Source of the DNA: a virus
Virus record (IMG/VR): IMGVR_UViG_3300002056_000074
Direction: 5' to 3' (one strand)
DNA length: 64,000 nt
Shown here: one piece after another, positions 60,675 through 64,000 of the stretch
How positions within the stretch are numbered: position 1 is the stretch's first letter
How the letters are laid out: every line of letters begins with the position of its first letter
The notes under the pieces: model-generated
What the model saw: only the letters and a program-made list of their open reading frames with translations
The model's database searches: none
Told to the model about the DNA's origin: nothing
Position numbers and translations under genes: made by a program

Positions 60675-60808
60675 TCACACTAACTCAGAAATTGGTTGTG
60701 ATATATATTTATTGATCAGCTGTGGATTAGTTCACATAAAATTAATTCACTAAATGTTAATTATAATGTATAATACTGTTACTAAAACAATAAAACAGAT
60801 TGATCCCA

Positions 60809-62551
60809 ATGCCTAAGAAATTAACACAAGAAGAATATATTCAGCGATGTGAAGAACTTTATGATAATGGAGAGTTTGATCATTCGTCAGTGGTTTATAC
60901 AAAAGCTCAGGAATTTATATATCCTGTCTGCACTTCCTGTGGTAATAAACAAAAAAGAAAAGCATATAGTCACATTCAGAAAAAATTGAAATGTGGGGAT
61001 TGTGCTGGTAATAAAAAATTAACAGTTGAAGACATAAAAAAGTCTGTCTTTGATATATATGACTCAAATATCACACTTAAATCCTTCACGTCTCATGGCA
61101 ATAAAAGTAAATTTGTAGCAACGTGCAAAAAACATGGAGATTTTAATACCCAATATGTTTTGCTTGTGGGTAGAGAGTCTGGCTGTCCGAAATGTCGTAA
61201 GGAAATTAAACATTCTATCAATGATGAAATTAAATTTCAAAATGAATTAGAATTAGAAAAAATGAAAGAACAAGAGAGGAGTACTCAAAGAGTAGTCACT
61301 CAACGTAAAAACTTAGAAAAGTTTCTAATTAAAGCAAGGGCTACATATCCTGATCGTGATGATATTGAAGTATTGAATTATGTTAATATGAAAACAACCG
61401 CCACATTTGTTTGCCCCAATCACGGTGAATATCAACAAAAACCTAACAATTATCTAAAACATCAAGGCTGTGCTAAATGCAGACCATTAACTAAGTCGCA
61501 AGTTCCGATGACTCTTAATGAATTTATCAGTCGATCTAAAAAAATGCACGGTGATCTATATGAATATGATAAAGCTGTTTATAAAGGATCAACAGAAGCA
61601 ATAACATTATTTTGCAAAAAACATAAAGAATATTTTGATGTTAATGCGGGCAAACATATCGGAAATGGTACTAGAGCTGGGTGCCAAAAGTGTTCAAACA
61701 TATCTCAGACATCAAATGGTGAACTTTCACTAGTCAAATGGTTAAAATCATTAGATATTAAGGTGATTACAAGTAACTATAATATTGTACCACCTAAAGA
61801 AATTGATATATTCCTACCTGATTATAATATAGCCATTGAATTCAATGGGTTATATTGGCACAGTGAAATTAAAGGGAAGTATAGGTACTATCATAAGGAG
61901 AAATATGATGGTTGTAAGGCCCAAGATATACAATTGCTGACTATATTTGAAGATGAATGGGAGACTAGACAAACTCAAGTTAAAAATAAGATTAGACATC
62001 TATTAAATAAATCAAAAAATGATAGCGTATATGGAAGAAAATGTATTATTGATATAGTTGATAGTACATCTAAGAAATCATTTTTCGATGAACATCATAT
62101 TCAGGGCGATGGTCCATCATCGATTAATATTGGTTTATATTTTGATGATAAGTTGGTGGCCTGCATGGGCTTTGTTGCCAATCCTAATAATTCATTTACA
62201 TTAAATCGCTATGCTACATCAACATCAGTTGTTGGTGGGTTTAGTAAACTACTCAAGTATTTCAAACAAAATTATAATTGGACTGAAATAGTATCATTTG
62301 CTGATTGTAGATGGAGTGATGGTGGTTTATATGAGAATAATGGATGGAAGCTAGATAAAATATTAGAGCCAGATTATTCATACCTCTATAGAAATAAAAG
62401 AATGCATAAATTTAATTTCAGAAGAAAGCAACTTGAAAATATGTTGGGTGACGACTTCAATATAGAAGAAAGTGAATATGAAAATTGTACCAGAAATAAA
62501 ATTTATCGTATTTGGGATTGTGGTAAACAACGATATATCATTAACAAATAA
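60809..62551 (+). CDS. Hef-like endonuclease #6: 4 Zn modules + PD-(D/E)xK + Mom-like GNAT domain
   Basis: MPKKLTQEEY start (ATG 60809); EIDIFLP..IAIEFNGLYWHS; HHIQG; FADCRWSDG; RIWDCG. Confidence 0.8.
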   Translation: MPKKLTQEEYIQRCEELYDNGEFDHSSVVYTKAQEFIYPVCTSCGNKQKRKAYSHIQKKLKCGDCAGNKKLTVEDIKKSVFDIYDSNITLKSFTSHGNKSKFVATCKKHGDFNTQYVLLVGRESGCPKCRKEIKHSINDEIKFQNELELEKMKEQERSTQRVVTQRKNLEKFLIKARATYPDRDDIEVLNYVNMKTTATFVCPNHGEYQQKPNNYLKHQGCAKCRPLTKSQVPMTLNEFISRSKKMHGDLYEYDKAVYKGSTEAITLFCKKHKEYFDVNAGKHIGNGTRAGCQKCSNISQTSNGELSLVKWLKSLDIKVITSNYNIVPPKEIDIFLPDYNIAIEFNGLYWHSEIKGKYRYYHKEKYDGCKAQDIQLLTIFEDEWETRQTQVKNKIRHLLNKSKNDSVYGRKCIIDIVDSTSKKSFFDEHHIQGDGPSSINIGLYFDDKLVACMGFVANPNNSFTLNRYATSTSVVGGFSKLLKYFKQNYNWTEIVSFADCRWSDGGLYENNGWKLDKILEPDYSYLYRNKRMHKFNFRRKQLENMLGDDFNIEESEYENCTRNKIYRIWDCGKQRYIINK

Positions 62552-62580
62552 AGAAGTGTAAATAAAAAAGTGTAAATAAA

Positions 62581-63297
62581 ATGTGTAATATTAAAAATCT
62601 TCTTGAAATAGAAAATAAAATTAAGATAGTGAGTGATTATACGTCATCTAATAATCATCATGATATGTGCTGCATGATTTGTGCACATGAATGGCGGGCC
62701 ACTCCAAAATCAAAACGCCAGACATACAAAAAATGGGGGGTTGGTGGGTGCCCTGAATGTAATAAAAATTCAAAAGAACTTAAAATTGTCAATAAGTTAA
62801 TTAAACGGTTGAAACAAAGGAATATGGAATATATAGGAACTGTTAATTTTATAAAATCTGGAAATGAAAAAAAGCGATTGGTAAAAGTTAAAAATTTGTC
62901 ATGTGGACATATTTTTGATACGAGATCAGATAATTTACTTAAACATAATATCAATTGTCCAATTTGTAACACTAAAAATAAGCGTAATAATTTTATTACG
63001 TGGCAGGAAGAACGAAGTGAGGAATATAAGAAAACAGCCAATGAATGGGATTTATATAGGCATGAGGTCTATGCCAAAACTCGGCAAACATATAACCAAT
63101 TTAAACATATAATAAATCCAGATAATCTTCCTAGAGGTTTGGCAGGAACAGAGGGAGCATATCAACTAGATCATATAAAATCTATTCGATTCTGTTTTGA
63201 TAATAATATTTCAATTTCAGAATGTTCTTCATTGGATAATCTGCAAATGCTAACATGGGAAGAAAATCTATCTAACGGTAAAAAAGTTAAGAAATAA
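62581..63297 (+). CDS. Zn-module + C-terminal HNH endonuclease
   Basis: CMIC..W..GCPEC and CGH..CPIC modules; YQLDHIKS...NLQML..EEN HNH motif. Confidence 0.75.
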   Translation: MCNIKNLLEIENKIKIVSDYTSSNNHHDMCCMICAHEWRATPKSKRQTYKKWGVGGCPECNKNSKELKIVNKLIKRLKQRNMEYIGTVNFIKSGNEKKRLVKVKNLSCGHIFDTRSDNLLKHNINCPICNTKNKRNNFITWQEERSEEYKKTANEWDLYRHEVYAKTRQTYNQFKHIINPDNLPRGLAGTEGAYQLDHIKSIRFCFDNNISISECSSLDNLQMLTWEENLSNGKKVKK

Positions 63298-63326
63298 AAA
63301 AAGCCACCCCGAAGGATGGCTTTTTT
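63296..63326. terminator. Bidirectional intrinsic terminator between the HNH gene and the capsid gene
   Basis: A-run-GCCA-CCCCGAAGGA-TGGC-TTTTTT between convergent genes. Confidence 0.85.
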
Positions 63327-63350
63327 CTTACCATTACTTATATAATACTA

Positions 63351-64000
63351 TTACGCAAAATCAAGTGCAGTTACATTCACCTTACCATAATAATCGGCAG
63401 AGTTACCTAGTGAGGTTGCAGTACTAGTAAACACAGCCTTCGCATATCGTGTCATTACACTCATTACAGGCTGATGAGTCACAGAGTTGTAGACAGTACC
63501 ACTTGACATCAATGGGATGTATGGGCAGTAGAAGTATCCAGCATCAGTCTCATTGTTTCCACCCTTATAACCGACAAGGATAGAATCGTTACCAGTTCCA
63601 TCAACACCGTTATTTTGGATACCAGTTGCAGAAACTTGATTCCAAAGATAGCTGTAGACTTTAATCGTACCGTTAAGTGTACCAACTAACTGAGTATTGT
63701 TTGGTCCTTTAAAAGCACCAGCAACAGCAGGAGCAAATACTGACTTAGCAGCAGATTGTAATACAGATACAATCATTGGTGAGACAACGATAAAGTTAGC
63801 AGCACCACGTCGAGTCTTACGAGCGATTTCATTAGCAACGAAGTTGATGATAACACCAAGGTTAGCATAACGATCACCAACAAAGGCTGGGCGATAGTTA
63901 CCAGTACCTGCTGAACCACCATAAGTACTAGTTCCTGCACCATCATAAGTAGCAACAGTTCCAGCAAGACTTAGAAGATCACTGATGATCTCTTGGTCAA
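63351..64000 (-). CDS. Major capsid protein (gp23-like), 5'-truncated by the window edge
   Basis: Frame open to the window end: DQEIISDL...ANEIARKTRRGAANFIVVSP...VGYKG..ETDAGYFYCPYIPL..MTRY. Confidence 0.96.
   Translation of the reverse strand, partial: DQEIISDLLSLAGTVATYDGAGTSTYGGSAGTGNYRPAFVGDRYANLGVIINFVANEIARKTRRGAANFIVVSPMIVSVLQSAAKSVFAPAVAGAFKGPNNTQLVGTLNGTIKVYSYLWNQVSATGIQNNGVDGTGNDSILVGYKGGNNETDAGYFYCPYIPLMSSGTVYNSVTHQPVMSVMTRYAKAVFTSTATSLGNSADYYGKVNVTALDFA

Noticed and set aside
334-63112. Many short (60-135 aa) ORFs nested in or antisense to long genes
   Set aside because: No motifs, SD or promoter; expected shadows of codon bias
63773-63967. 64-aa ORF suggesting a split capsid gene
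   Set aside because: The gp23 frame is continuous to the window end; this is an alternative-frame artefact
1-64000. CRISPR array, tRNA/rRNA, DGR or retron
   Set aside because: No regularly spaced repeats, no cloverleaf-sized intergenic region recognised, no reverse transcriptase motif (by eye only; tRNAscan/Infernal not run)
1-64000. Stop-codon reassignment
   Set aside because: Core genes are full length under the standard code with dense packing; TAA, TGA and TAG all end genes

Overview
64 kb of an AT-rich jumbo myophage genome with T4-like core genes; the gene set and order resemble Rak2/XacN1-type jumbo phages (inferred from gene content, no database search). Almost all genes are on the minus strand. 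1-10.7 kb is a replication/recombination block: clamp loader, GroES-like co-chaperonin, a stand-alone DnaE palm fragment, UvsW, UvsY, a Pol-beta nucleotidyltransferase, UvsX and a gp32-like SSB. 10.8-37 kb is a ~26 kb cluster of modular fibre/appendage proteins that share domains. 37-64 kb is a morphogenesis block: HD/kinase, TerL, tail tube, TerS-like, gp4, sheath, gp15, gp14, gp13 and the 3' part of the major capsid gene. The most striking feature is nine free-standing nuclease genes built from tandem ~65-70 aa Cys/His zinc modules fused to one of three nuclease folds. Six of them also carry a C-terminal Mom-like GNAT domain, and some modules are near-identical in DNA between different nuclease families. 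Also seen: T4-type late promoter cores (TAAATA) inside start-occluding hairpins, two frameshifted genes, and small candidate head-packaged proteins including a GNAT. No tRNA, CRISPR array, intron, intein or reverse transcriptase was recognised.
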